Below the pieces are notes generated by a model. That model worked only from the letters and a program-made list of their open reading frames with translations, searched no databases and was not told the DNA's origin. The position numbers were made by a program, and so were the translations under genes. A stretch of DNA of 64,000 nt from an uncultured Gammaproteobacteria bacterium (GTDB taxonomy: Bacteria > Pseudomonadota > Gammaproteobacteria > Arenicellales > CAJQKF01), in contig CAJQKF010000039.1 of NCBI GenBank assembly GCA_905478855.1, forward strand, positions 4,934 to 68,933, read 5' to 3'. Each line of letters starts with the position of its first letter. Positions within the stretch are counted from its first letter, which is position 1. This document shows, piece after piece, positions 38,519 through 47,749 of the stretch.

Positions 38519-39553
38519 CTATGTGCTATTACCTAGTTGATATAGGTCGGTATCTAGTATTCCCGTTTGTATTAAATGGTGGACATGTTCGATACGTGAA
38601 TAACGGCTTCCCTCAAAACCATCTGTTGCGTCGGGCGTGCGCATAAGCTGTGTGTATAACTCAGATATACCGCTTTCAAGGGTCCACTTAGGGCGTTGAA
38701 GTGATTTCAAACGATTTATTTTTTCACTGGATACGCGATAATTTCGTTTGTCGGGTTGTGCATCATTTGCGAAGACTATCTCGGAGTCGGGTATAACTTT
38801 TCTTACCGTTTCGGCAATTTGAATGATTCGGTGATTGGCTTTTTCTCCGCCTGCGTTGAAGGCTTGATTGTGTATTTCAACCCGGGGTGATTCGAGAAGA
38901 TCAACATACATTGCTGCTAGATCACGTACATGAATTAATGGTCTCCAGGCGTTGCCGTCACTTTTCAGGAAAATCTTGTTAGTGCTGCACGCCCATGCAG
39001 TTAGATTATTTGCAACTAAGTCAAATCGAATTCTTGGGGATACCCCGTATACTGTGCCTGCTCTAATAAATGTTGGCGAAAAAATTGAGTCCGCCATTTT
39101 CATTAGTGCTATTTCAGAATCCAGTTTGGAGCGCCCATAGGGTGTTACCGGGTTGGACGGGGATTGTTCATCAAGTAAGTTCTCACCGGACGCGCCATAT
39201 ATGCTACACGATGATGCAAATAAAAATCTTTTTGTGCCGGATTTTTTTGCCAAGTTAGCAAGCAGGATAGTTGCCTCACAGTTAATTTCGTTGGTAAGTT
39301 GAGAACAATAGCTACCAAGTGGGTCATTGCTGAGGCCCGCAAGATGAATCACCGCTTCAAACCCAGCTACCATTGACGGAGTTATATTGCGAATATCTGT
39401 TTTGAAATCTTCCACATCGATCATTTCACCATGAAACTCACAGGCCTCAAAAAGCCCAGTATCGCAACCTATAACTTCATGTCCGCGTTTAATTAATTCT
39501 GGAACAAGAACTGATCCGATATAGCCTCGGTGTCCAGTAACTAGAACTCTCAT
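38519..39553 (-). CDS. Extended SDR, NAD-dependent sugar epimerase/dehydratase family
   Basis: It has VLVTGHRGYIGS and a catalytic S...YGRSK. The active site reads SSCSIYG rather than the TDE of 4,6-dehydratases, so it looks epimerase- or reductase-like. Confidence 0.8.
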   Translation of the reverse strand: MRVLVTGHRGYIGSVLVPELIKRGHEVIGCDTGLFEACEFHGEMIDVEDFKTDIRNITPSMVAGFEAVIHLAGLSNDPLGSYCSQLTNEINCEATILLANLAKKSGTKRFLFASSCSIYGASGENLLDEQSPSNPVTPYGRSKLDSEIALMKMADSIFSPTFIRAGTVYGVSPRIRFDLVANNLTAWACSTNKIFLKSDGNAWRPLIHVRDLAAMYVDLLESPRVEIHNQAFNAGGEKANHRIIQIAETVRKVIPDSEIVFANDAQPDKRNYRVSSEKINRLKSLQRPKWTLESGISELYTQLMRTPDATDGFEGSRYSRIEHVHHLIQTGILDTDLYQLGNST

Positions 39554-40263
39554 GCGTTTGCCCCTTGCTGCAGTGGCAGTAGTTCTTCCTTCCAGTGCTG
39601 ATTGAGTAGCTCTAAATCATTAATTGTATCTACACATTGCCAGTACCCTTTGTGTTTAAACGCAGATAGTTGATTGTTCTGCGCTAGGTGGCTTAACACA
39701 TCATGTTCAAACTCGGTGTCGTCGTCTCTGAGTAGTCTAAGTACCTCAGGTTGTAGAACGAAATAACCACCGTTGATCCATTGATCGTCTAAAAGGGGTT
39801 TTTCTTCAAATTTCGTAACCTTATCTCCAGAAATCGTTAAATGCCCAAAGCGAGATGGGGGGTTAACGGCTGTAAGTGTGGCTAATTTTCCATGATCGTT
39901 GTGGAATGCCAATAGACGATTTAGGTCAACGTCACAGAATCCATCTGTCCATGTCATTAAAAATGGAGAATCTTTTTCAAGCAGATGTGCAATTCTACGA
40001 AGCCGGCCACCGTTGGATGTATGTAATCCCGTATCTACAACGTCTATACGGCGATCAAGTGTACAGTCATTAAAATAGGATTGGATTTGTTCGCCGAGAT
40101 ATCCAGTTAGAACAATAAATTCATGGAAACCACAGCTACGATAATGTTGGATAATATGCGAGACAAGAGGGAGCCCGCCCACTTTCGCGAGTGCTTTTGG
40201 AGTGTTATTTGTTACTTCGCGCAGCCGAAGACCTTTCCCGCCTGCCATGATGACAACTTTCAC
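39550..40263 (-). CDS. rfbF: Glucose-1-phosphate cytidylyltransferase-like (RfbF family). The start is set at the GTG giving (M)KVVIMAGGKGLRL
   Basis: It is colinear with RfbF: MAGGKGLRL, GGRLRR, INGGYFVL and GYWQCVDT. The listed ORF start at 40344 adds 27 basic residues that no homolog I know carries. Confidence 0.8.
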   Translation of the reverse strand: MKVVIMAGGKGLRLREVTNNTPKALAKVGGLPLVSHIIQHYRSCGFHEFIVLTGYLGEQIQSYFNDCTLDRRIDVVDTGLHTSNGGRLRRIAHLLEKDSPFLMTWTDGFCDVDLNRLLAFHNDHGKLATLTAVNPPSRFGHLTISGDKVTKFEEKPLLDDQWINGGYFVLQPEVLRLLRDDDTEFEHDVLSHLAQNNQLSAFKHKGYWQCVDTINDLELLNQHWKEELLPLQQGANA

Positions 40264-40477
40264 TTGATTTATACGCTTGATAGTTTGGTGTAGTGAATTA
40301 CGTCTTTTTCGTTGACTACGGTTCGAGTATCCGAAAAATCGCAATCAAAATAGCCTGTATCCACAAGCTGTCTGTGCAGCTTTTTCCGTAAAAACCCTAT
40401 TGAATAGTATAGTCTATTCATGATTTAGTACGAAACCACATTAGGTTGTTAAATAGTGAATAATCGTTTAATTCAGA

Positions 40478-42208
40478 ATGAATGAAAAATCAGAACAAAA
40501 AATTGCTAATCATCTGCTTGAAGAATTTAATAGCTTTTATCAGGAATTTCTAGAAATTCCTGATAAAGCTAAAGCTGCATTTGAATCCAGGTTACATCAA
40601 GAGTCCCTTCGGTTAAGTAGCCTTCGTTTAGGGCTCTATAGCGGCAGTATTAAGAAGGAAAGTAGCTTAATTACCGAAATGTTTTCTTATGTAAAAGAAG
40701 ATGAGAAGCGATGGATAGGGGTTGAGTTCTGTTTCAAAAAAATGGTTGAAGGTGAATATCATGCCGATTTGGCATTGGCTTATATTCATTCTGTACGCCG
40801 GAAAATATATGCGAGTGAGTGGCTTTCAGAGGATTATGCTTCTCGAGATATCCGACGTCTAGATGATTCGCAATATGACGAGTGCTTTTATCGTCGGGAT
40901 ATACAAGGGGTTGTGCCTCGAGACATGGTATTCCAAATTTTACAGTTGGAAAGTTTTTCAACGCATTTTCAGGATATCCGACGAGATGTTGAGCTTATCG
41001 TTAATCGTTTGGAAAAAAACATAAAGGCTTATGATCGACAAGGACCCGGGCCTATAAGTATTGAAGTATTTAAAGCCGGTTTTTATCGTAATAGAGGCGC
41101 CTATTTGGTGGGTCGATTTAATTATAAAGATGGGCGACACCGTCCGCTTATTATTGCACTGCTAAATGGCAAGGCGGGAATTTATGTGGATGCTGTCATT
41201 AATAGTTCGACTTATGCTCATAATATGTTTAGCTCAACGCTGGCTAACTTTCATGTGACAAATGATTATTACCATGAAGTTTGTTTGTTTTTAAAGAGTA
41301 TCATGCCAAAACGTCCTCTAGGTTTGCACTATTCGACAATCGGCTACAATCATCTGGGAAAAGTGGCTGTGATGAAAGAAATAGAGGATCAGATTTCATC
41401 ATCCGGCGAGCAGTTTGCAATATCGCCTGGTGCTAGGGGAACGGTTGCAATAGGGTTTTCTACACCGGGTTCAGCGTATCACGCCAAAGTTATTCGCAAT
41501 GTGCCAACAGATGGCTATAAGTGGGATGAGTATCACGGTGTTGACTGGGTGCTAAAGAAGTACACCAGAGTGCATGATATAAATCGTAGCGATAGTATGC
41601 TGGACAATATTATTTTCTATAAGATACGCTTACCGAAGTGCTGGTTCGATCAAGAACTATTGGATGAGCTTCTTGGTTTTGCAAACGAAAGTGTTTGGGA
41701 TGAAGGGGAGTTTCTTTTATTTCGTTATCTCATTGTCCAGCGTAAGATGACACCACTACCGGTATATCTTGAAACGGCATCGGAGAAACTCGCTGAGAAC
41801 GCGATGATTAATTTAGGCTATTGCATTAAGAATAATGCGGCCGCAAATATCTTTAACAAAGACTTGGATGCGAGAAATTACGGTGTAACCGCTTTTGCGA
41901 AGATCTATCTATATGATTATGACGCCATAGAGTCTCTGGGCGACGTAAAAATTAGAACGAATCTGGATCGGTTTGATGGCGAAGAGGACATACCAGATTG
42001 GTATTTTGAGGATGGCTATGTTTTCTTGCCGGAAGAGCTTCCGAGCGGGCTATGCTTACGCGACCAGAGACTGCGAAAAATTTTTGATCGAAAGCATAGT
42101 GAGCTTTTAGCCATGGATTATTGGGAGTCGGTACAGAATCGTTTGGCTGCTGGAAAAGTACCAAGGGTTAGCGTTTATCCGGATAGCGAACGGGTGTCGA
42201 GCATTTAG
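40478..42208 (+). CDS. aceK: Isocitrate dehydrogenase kinase/phosphatase (AceK) homolog
   Basis: 576 aa and colinear with E. coli AceK as I recall it: FYRNRGAYLVGRF, SPGARGTVAIGF...AKVIRN, RKMTPLP, AANIF...NYGVT...YLYDYDAI and DYWESVQNRL. Confidence 0.8.
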   Translation: MNEKSEQKIANHLLEEFNSFYQEFLEIPDKAKAAFESRLHQESLRLSSLRLGLYSGSIKKESSLITEMFSYVKEDEKRWIGVEFCFKKMVEGEYHADLALAYIHSVRRKIYASEWLSEDYASRDIRRLDDSQYDECFYRRDIQGVVPRDMVFQILQLESFSTHFQDIRRDVELIVNRLEKNIKAYDRQGPGPISIEVFKAGFYRNRGAYLVGRFNYKDGRHRPLIIALLNGKAGIYVDAVINSSTYAHNMFSSTLANFHVTNDYYHEVCLFLKSIMPKRPLGLHYSTIGYNHLGKVAVMKEIEDQISSSGEQFAISPGARGTVAIGFSTPGSAYHAKVIRNVPTDGYKWDEYHGVDWVLKKYTRVHDINRSDSMLDNIIFYKIRLPKCWFDQELLDELLGFANESVWDEGEFLLFRYLIVQRKMTPLPVYLETASEKLAENAMINLGYCIKNNAAANIFNKDLDARNYGVTAFAKIYLYDYDAIESLGDVKIRTNLDRFDGEEDIPDWYFEDGYVFLPEELPSGLCLRDQRLRKIFDRKHSELLAMDYWESVQNRLAAGKVPRVSVYPDSERVSSI

Positions 42209-42234
42209 GAGCGAACTGCATTAAGGATAAGATA

Positions 42235-42284
42235 GACGTTGTAGAACTATTCTCCAACGTCTGATTATCTCTACGATTTTTTTT
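42235..42284 (+). terminator. Stem-loop plus a distal T8 run after aceK
   Basis: AGACGTTG-13 nt-CAACGTCT lies at 42235-42262. A T8 run lies at 42277-42284, 14 nt after the stem, so this is not a canonical intrinsic terminator. Confidence 0.35.
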
Positions 42285-42340
42285 AGTAAATACGCACCAG
42301 CTTTTTGCGTGTTTGTTCTCTTGCGTAAACGTGAACTAAA

Positions 42341-43255
42341 TTACTGTCCACCTAGAACATCGCCGACTGATAAACCTTGTCCGCTGGCATACTCAATTGC
42401 AGAAACTTTACCGCCATCGCCACGTACGCGCTTTATCTGAACTGCATTTTGTCCCGCTGCGATAGTTATTCCACTGTCATCGATTGCTAACACTTCGCCG
42501 GGCTGACCATTATCCTCGGAAAGGCATGAGTCATAAATTTTAAGTTCTGCGTCATTATGTGTTGTCCATGCCCCGGGCTGTGGGTTACCTGCGCGGATTA
42601 TGTTGTAAATTTTGCTTGCTGAATCACTCCAATTAATTTGGGCTTGTTTTTTCCCGAACCATGATTCATAAGATCCGTTATCTAAGTTTTGAACTATTTT
42701 AGGAGCGTTGCCTTGTTTAACTAACTCAAGAGACTCGAGCATAGCGTCAACCCCCATCGGGAATAGTTTTTTGAAATAGATGTCCGCCAGTGTCTCCTCC
42801 GAGCCGATCTCGCAGGTTTTCTGCATTAGAATGGGTCCTTCATCCAATCCGTTATCAGGCCAGAAAATGCTTAGGCCAGTTTTGGTTGCCCCCATCGCGA
42901 TAGGCCAATTAATCGATGATGGTCCTCTGTGCATAGGCAATAGTGAGGGGTGGTACTGAAACGAACCATGTTTTGGGGCGTTTATTACTGCCTCTGGTAC
43001 AAATAACAATACGTAAGCCATCATGCAAATGTCGGCGTTGAATGATTGCATTAGAGTTAAAGATTCTTCTGTCTTCCATGACGCAGGTTGATGCACGGGA
43101 ATGCCCGATTCAACCGCTAGTTCTTTAAGTGTATCTACAGGTCGACCTTCCTTATCTGGCGCAGTGCAGACAGCAACAACATTTTCACCTTGCTCTAGTA
43201 ATTTTTCCAATACTGCGCGACCAAAGGCTTGTTGGCCGTGAACAACAATTCTCAT
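42341..43255 (-). CDS. Formyltransferase with Fmt-like C-terminal domain, closest to the N-terminal hydrolase domain of 10-formyl-THF dehydrogenase
   Basis: 304 aa. MRIVVHGQQAFGRAVLEKL...VCTAPDK...YHPSLLPMHRGPSSINWPI...GLSIFWPDNGLDEGPILMQK is colinear with the FDH N-terminal domain as I recall it. Confidence 0.75.
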   Translation of the reverse strand: MRIVVHGQQAFGRAVLEKLLEQGENVVAVCTAPDKEGRPVDTLKELAVESGIPVHQPASWKTEESLTLMQSFNADICMMAYVLLFVPEAVINAPKHGSFQYHPSLLPMHRGPSSINWPIAMGATKTGLSIFWPDNGLDEGPILMQKTCEIGSEETLADIYFKKLFPMGVDAMLESLELVKQGNAPKIVQNLDNGSYESWFGKKQAQINWSDSASKIYNIIRAGNPQPGAWTTHNDAELKIYDSCLSEDNGQPGEVLAIDDSGITIAAGQNAVQIKRVRGDGGKVSAIEYASGQGLSVGDVLGGQ

Positions 43256-43338
43256 ATTTTGCTCCTATTGCAGGTTAATGAGTCGATCGATATTGAATGT
43301 AGAGTATTAATAATACGATCGATCTACACGTCATTACG

Positions 43339-45075
43339 TTATTTATACATAGTTTGGGCTTTAGTTCCTGGTGCATACTCGTCAGGGTCAACCCATACGT
43401 TCACAACGGCACATTTTCCTGTGCTAGCAATAGCTTCTCTTGCTCTTTGAAAGGCAGGTTGAATATCTTTAGCTTCGTGGACTTCTTCTCCGTACCCACC
43501 AATCATTTCGCCGAACTTGCCGAACGGAATGTCTCCAAGTTTATTACCCACATTACCGCGCTCCGCGCCATATTTTGCTACTTGTCCGTATCGAATTTGG
43601 TTCATGTGCGAATTATTTCCAACAACCGCCAGATAAGGTGCACCGAATCGTTGGGCTGTCTCCATGTCAAATGCTGTCATACCAAAAGAGCCGTCACCAT
43701 ACAGACACATAACTTCTTTGTCAGGGTGGGCTAGCTTGGCAGCCATTGAAAAGCCTGTGCCTACGCCGAGTGAACCCAATGCACCTGGATCCATCCATTG
43801 CCCGGGATTTCGTGGCCTAACGGCTTGTGCGGAAATGGTTACGATATCGCCGCCATCGCCAATATAAATGGTATTTTCACCCAGAAATTCGTTTATTTCG
43901 TAGGCCAATCTATAAGGGTGTATAGGGTTTTGATCGGTAGTAAAAATGGGCATAAGCTTTTCAAGCTTGGTTGCTTCAATGGCACGAAGCTCCTTCATCC
44001 AAGATTGTCTTGCGCTGCGAGCGCCATTATCACTGCGGCCGGATGCCGCTTGTTCTACAGCTGCTAGAATTGCACCAGGATCACCGGTCAAGCCCAAACT
44101 AATGTCTCGGTTTTTACCTACAGTCGAGTAGCTTTGGTCAATTTGAATGAGCGTTGCGTCTTTGGATATCCGTTTTCCATATCCCATTCGGAAATCAAAA
44201 GGTGTTCCTACGATAAGAATTACATCAGCATTTTTAAACGCGTCTCCTCGGGTGCGATCGAAATGGTGTGGATCACCCTGAGGTAACATGCCACGACTCG
44301 CACCATTCATATAGGCCGGAATGTCTAGTGAGCGGATAAAGCTAATTGCCGCGTTATGCCCTTGTGATGCCCATACTTGTTGTCCTAATAGTACGGCAGG
44401 ACGTTCAGCGCTTACTAAAATATCGGCGAGCTTTTCAATATCTGCTGGATCACCAATGGAGGCTACTGAGGATCGATAGGCGCCGGGTTTTGGAATGATT
44501 GCGCTGTCGACAGGTATTTCACGATCGAGTACATCCCGAGGAATCTCTAAGTAAGATGGCCCGTAGGCTCCATTGAAGCATTCGCGAGCCGCCATTGAAA
44601 CCATATCTGCAACACGTTCTGTAGAATAGACACCGGAGGCGAACTTAGTTATTGGGCCCATCATGTCGACGTGAGGCAAGTCTTGTAGTGACCCCATCTT
44701 ATGTTGTGTCAATGAGCTTTGCCCACCGATATGAAGAATTGGACTCTCCGAGCGGAACGCTGTCGCCACGCCGGTAACGGCGTTGGTGCAACCTGGCCCT
44801 GCTGTTGTTACCACGCAACCCAACTTTCCGGTTTGCCGCGCGTATCCATCTGCTGCATGAGCAGCCGTTTGTTCATGACGTACATCTACAATACGTATTC
44901 CTTCATCGATGCATCCGTCATAAATATCGATAATATGGCCACCACAGAGTGTGAAAATAGTATCGACACCCTCATTTTTTAGTGCCTTCGCGACTAGATG
45001 TCCTCCTGAAATAACATCACCACTTTTATCCTTTCTCGCTAGGGTATCTGAGGCCGTATCTGTTGGTTTGTTCAT
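43339..45075 (-). CDS. Thiamine-diphosphate-dependent enzyme of the acetolactate synthase / oxalyl-CoA decarboxylase / 2-hydroxyacyl-CoA lyase superfamily
   Basis: 578 aa with RHEQTAAHAADGYAR, TAGPGCTNAVTG and the TPP-binding motif GDGSFGMTAFDMETA...VVGNN. I cannot assign a subfamily by eye. Confidence 0.85.
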   Translation of the reverse strand: MNKPTDTASDTLARKDKSGDVISGGHLVAKALKNEGVDTIFTLCGGHIIDIYDGCIDEGIRIVDVRHEQTAAHAADGYARQTGKLGCVVTTAGPGCTNAVTGVATAFRSESPILHIGGQSSLTQHKMGSLQDLPHVDMMGPITKFASGVYSTERVADMVSMAARECFNGAYGPSYLEIPRDVLDREIPVDSAIIPKPGAYRSSVASIGDPADIEKLADILVSAERPAVLLGQQVWASQGHNAAISFIRSLDIPAYMNGASRGMLPQGDPHHFDRTRGDAFKNADVILIVGTPFDFRMGYGKRISKDATLIQIDQSYSTVGKNRDISLGLTGDPGAILAAVEQAASGRSDNGARSARQSWMKELRAIEATKLEKLMPIFTTDQNPIHPYRLAYEINEFLGENTIYIGDGGDIVTISAQAVRPRNPGQWMDPGALGSLGVGTGFSMAAKLAHPDKEVMCLYGDGSFGMTAFDMETAQRFGAPYLAVVGNNSHMNQIRYGQVAKYGAERGNVGNKLGDIPFGKFGEMIGGYGEEVHEAKDIQPAFQRAREAIASTGKCAVVNVWVDPDEYAPGTKAQTMYK

Positions 45076-45596
45076 TTTCTAACTCCAAGCTACAATTATG
45101 TTGTGAATTGATTCTTATTAAATCAAATGAAGGGCGTATTGCTCTACATGATCAATCAGGTCTACTGCCTGTTTAAACCGAAATGTTCCTAAGTTTATGT
45201 TTTATAGGAGTGTTTCTATATTTTTATCATTCCTGAATTTAGATGTCTCATAAGTGTGAGTTATGGGTAAAGCAGAAATACTTTGGACAATTTAATCTGG
45301 TATACCATATACCACCCCTGCAGACTAACCCCTAGATAGTTAAAAGTAAAGCGTTAGCCTATCGCTCAATGCGAGGTTTTTTAGTCTTAGTAGAGCTTCA
45401 AAGTTACGAAAAACGGATTCACAATTTGTTCTGTTGTGAAGGTTTACAAATAAGTTTGAATTTGGCTCGATCCGCCTATTGAGACGATCTTATTCAGTTG
45501 CGATGACATGTTCGTTGATATTGCCGTTCGACACCCAGCTTAGCGTTCATCCCAACTAGTAAGGAGAAAAATAAGCAGGTTGCAGGCTAGGCGATT

Positions 45597-46250
45597 TTAC
45601 ATCTTACAAATCAAAACCATTTCGCGAACGCGATCTGCAAAATCCAATAGTTTTGAGCAGTGGTCTAGCACAGATGGGGAAACTCCTTTGCACGATGTGC
45701 CATCGAGTAAGCCCGTAATCACACAGTACACTTCAATATCGCAGATCATTAGCTCACTACCGCAAAAATAGGGTTCATCCCCTAGGAGGTTTTCTAGACG
45801 TGTGAACAGTTCGGGAAGTACTTCGCTATTTAACTTATTGCTGATCTCTGTTTTTTGATCAGAATTTAATGCCACTAATAATTGGCTTGTGACAGGGCTT
45901 CGCCCCAACGCATGCCCATACCACTGGGGAGCGAAATATTTTCTTATATCAACAACGGCGCCCAAAATCATATCGCAGCGCACTGCGAGCAATTCATCCT
46001 TAGGGTAATGGCCAGTTTTATTCCCGACCCAGCGTAAAATGGCTTCGGATTGGCTAAGACGAATCTCGCCAATTTCTAGTATGGGCAACTGCCCGGTAGG
46101 AAGGCTTCCATCCAATCGTAACTGCTCCATTTCCGACTGACTTACTCTATTGTCTTCGAAGTCAATTTTTCCAAGTCGTAAGGTTATGCGAATGCTTTCG
46201 GCTAATCCTGGGTAGTCAAAATAGGTAAGTTTAGGACGTGGGTCGGTCAT
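45597..46250 (-). CDS. Glutathione S-transferase family protein
   Basis: 217 aa. The N-terminal thioredoxin-like part (GQLPILEIGEIRLSQSEAILRW) and a helical C-terminal domain are present. Confidence 0.75.
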   Translation of the reverse strand: MTDPRPKLTYFDYPGLAESIRITLRLGKIDFEDNRVSQSEMEQLRLDGSLPTGQLPILEIGEIRLSQSEAILRWVGNKTGHYPKDELLAVRCDMILGAVVDIRKYFAPQWYGHALGRSPVTSQLLVALNSDQKTEISNKLNSEVLPELFTRLENLLGDEPYFCGSELMICDIEVYCVITGLLDGTSCKGVSPSVLDHCSKLLDFADRVREMVLICKM

Positions 46251-46414
46251 TGGGCTTTGTATGGAGCTTGATAGATTTTCGATATTATTTCACACAGTGC
46301 AGCATTATACTGTCAAATCCCCTTGAGACACCGACGTTGCCGAGTTTTGTTTTTTTTAATGCACTATCTTTCGGATGACGAGGCTGTCTGTTTTCTTTCT
46401 TATACGAGATTAAT

Positions 46415-47317
46415 TTGTCTAAACCTGAAGCGAATAAACGCTCATACGTTCAGAATTCTGTAACCGGCTTTTCCGCAATGGTTCTCAGTGTTTTGCTGTT
46501 TTCCCTAATGGACGCCTCAGTGAAATGGCTTGGCGGTACTTATCCTACACAGCAGATCATGTTCTCTCGGTGTTCAATTGCGATGATTCCATTGACCGTA
46601 ATCATCGCAATGCGGGGCGGCATTACAATTTTAAAGACCACCCAGGTTCAATTACATTTCTTTCGCAGTGTTCTGGGTATATCGGCCATGGCTTTAGCAT
46701 TTTATGCCTTCTCATTGATGCGTTTAGCTGATGCGATTTCTATATTGCATACCACTCCAATATTTATGACGGTTCTATCGATCTTTTTTCTAGGAGAAAA
46801 AGTCGGGCTTCATCGATGGTCTGCAATTATCATCGGTTTTATTGGCGTGTTGTTGGTAGTTAAACCCGGGCCGGGTATGATTGATAGCGGCAGTTTGTAC
46901 ATGCTTATCGCGGCGCTATTAATTAGCTGTACTACAATAATAATTCGTCACTTAAGCATATTGGATGATCCCGTGTGCATCGCTTTTTACTTTACGATGA
47001 CCGGTGTGCTGGTGAGCGGAGTAGGCATGATTTGGCTTGGCTGGAATACTACAACACCATTTGATCTTTTCTTGCTTATCGGTGTTGGACTATTTGGTGG
47101 TGTGGCTCAGTACATGATGACTTTGAGTTACAGACATGCAGAGATTGCAGTGGTGGCACCATTGAAGTACTTGACGATAATTTTTGGAGGTGTGTTTGGT
47201 TACTTATTGTGGTCTGAGCTGCCGGATCTGCAAAGCACAATAGGAATATGCATAATTGCTGCGGCGGGTTTGTATACATTACATCGAGAGCTTGTTAACG
47301 CTAGACGGTCAAAATGA
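46415..47317 (+). CDS. DMT superfamily (EamA-type) transporter
   Basis: 300 aa with ten hydrophobic segments in two EamA repeats. The listed start is TTG. Confidence 0.8.
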   Translation: MSKPEANKRSYVQNSVTGFSAMVLSVLLFSLMDASVKWLGGTYPTQQIMFSRCSIAMIPLTVIIAMRGGITILKTTQVQLHFFRSVLGISAMALAFYAFSLMRLADAISILHTTPIFMTVLSIFFLGEKVGLHRWSAIIIGFIGVLLVVKPGPGMIDSGSLYMLIAALLISCTTIIIRHLSILDDPVCIAFYFTMTGVLVSGVGMIWLGWNTTTPFDLFLLIGVGLFGGVAQYMMTLSYRHAEIAVVAPLKYLTIIFGGVFGYLLWSELPDLQSTIGICIIAAAGLYTLHRELVNARRSK

Positions 47318-47353
47318 TGGAAAGTTTGAGAGGCAACTAACGCCCAAAGATAA

Positions 47354-47551
47354 TTTATCCGGGGTGTATCACTAATAGGATACGGCCGTGCCGGTGTGTT
47401 TGTTAATCTCGTACCAGTTTTTGCATCCATTGTGGCCGTATCGTTTATCGGAAAAAGCTTTGAGGTTTATCATGCAGTGTCACTGGGATTAGTCCTCGGT
47501 GGTATTGCGCTATCTGAATTTGGAAAGGCAGCCGCTCCGGCTAGCGGATAG
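47354..47551 (+). pseudogene. C-terminal remnant of a second DMT/EamA transporter gene
   Basis: A 65-codon open frame without a start codon translates to ...GRAGVFVNLVPVFASIVAVSFIGKSFEVYHAVSLGLVLGGIALSE..., which matches the last two TM helices of EamA proteins. Confidence 0.55.
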
Positions 47552-47749
47552 GCTCAACGAGCTTACATATCAAGACGTGTTTAGTTTGAGCTACAATAAA
47601 ACATCGTAAGCATGTCATATCGTTTTTTTAAAACTTTTGATCCAAGATTTAATTAGGCTAATATACTGGATCCTTCTGTTCGTTAGGTTTTAGTCCGGAG
47701 TAAAAGAATCCGCAAATTACTAGTGGGTGTCGTTCGTTAATGTTGTAGG

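Noticed and set aside
40264-40344. 27-codon N-terminal extension of the RfbF-like ORF (MRFFGYSNRSQRKRRNSLHQTIKRINQ).
   Set aside because: The family N-terminus starts directly with the (M)K-V-V-I-x-A-G-G nucleotide-binding loop. The extension is highly basic and has no homology, so I preferred the GTG at 40263.
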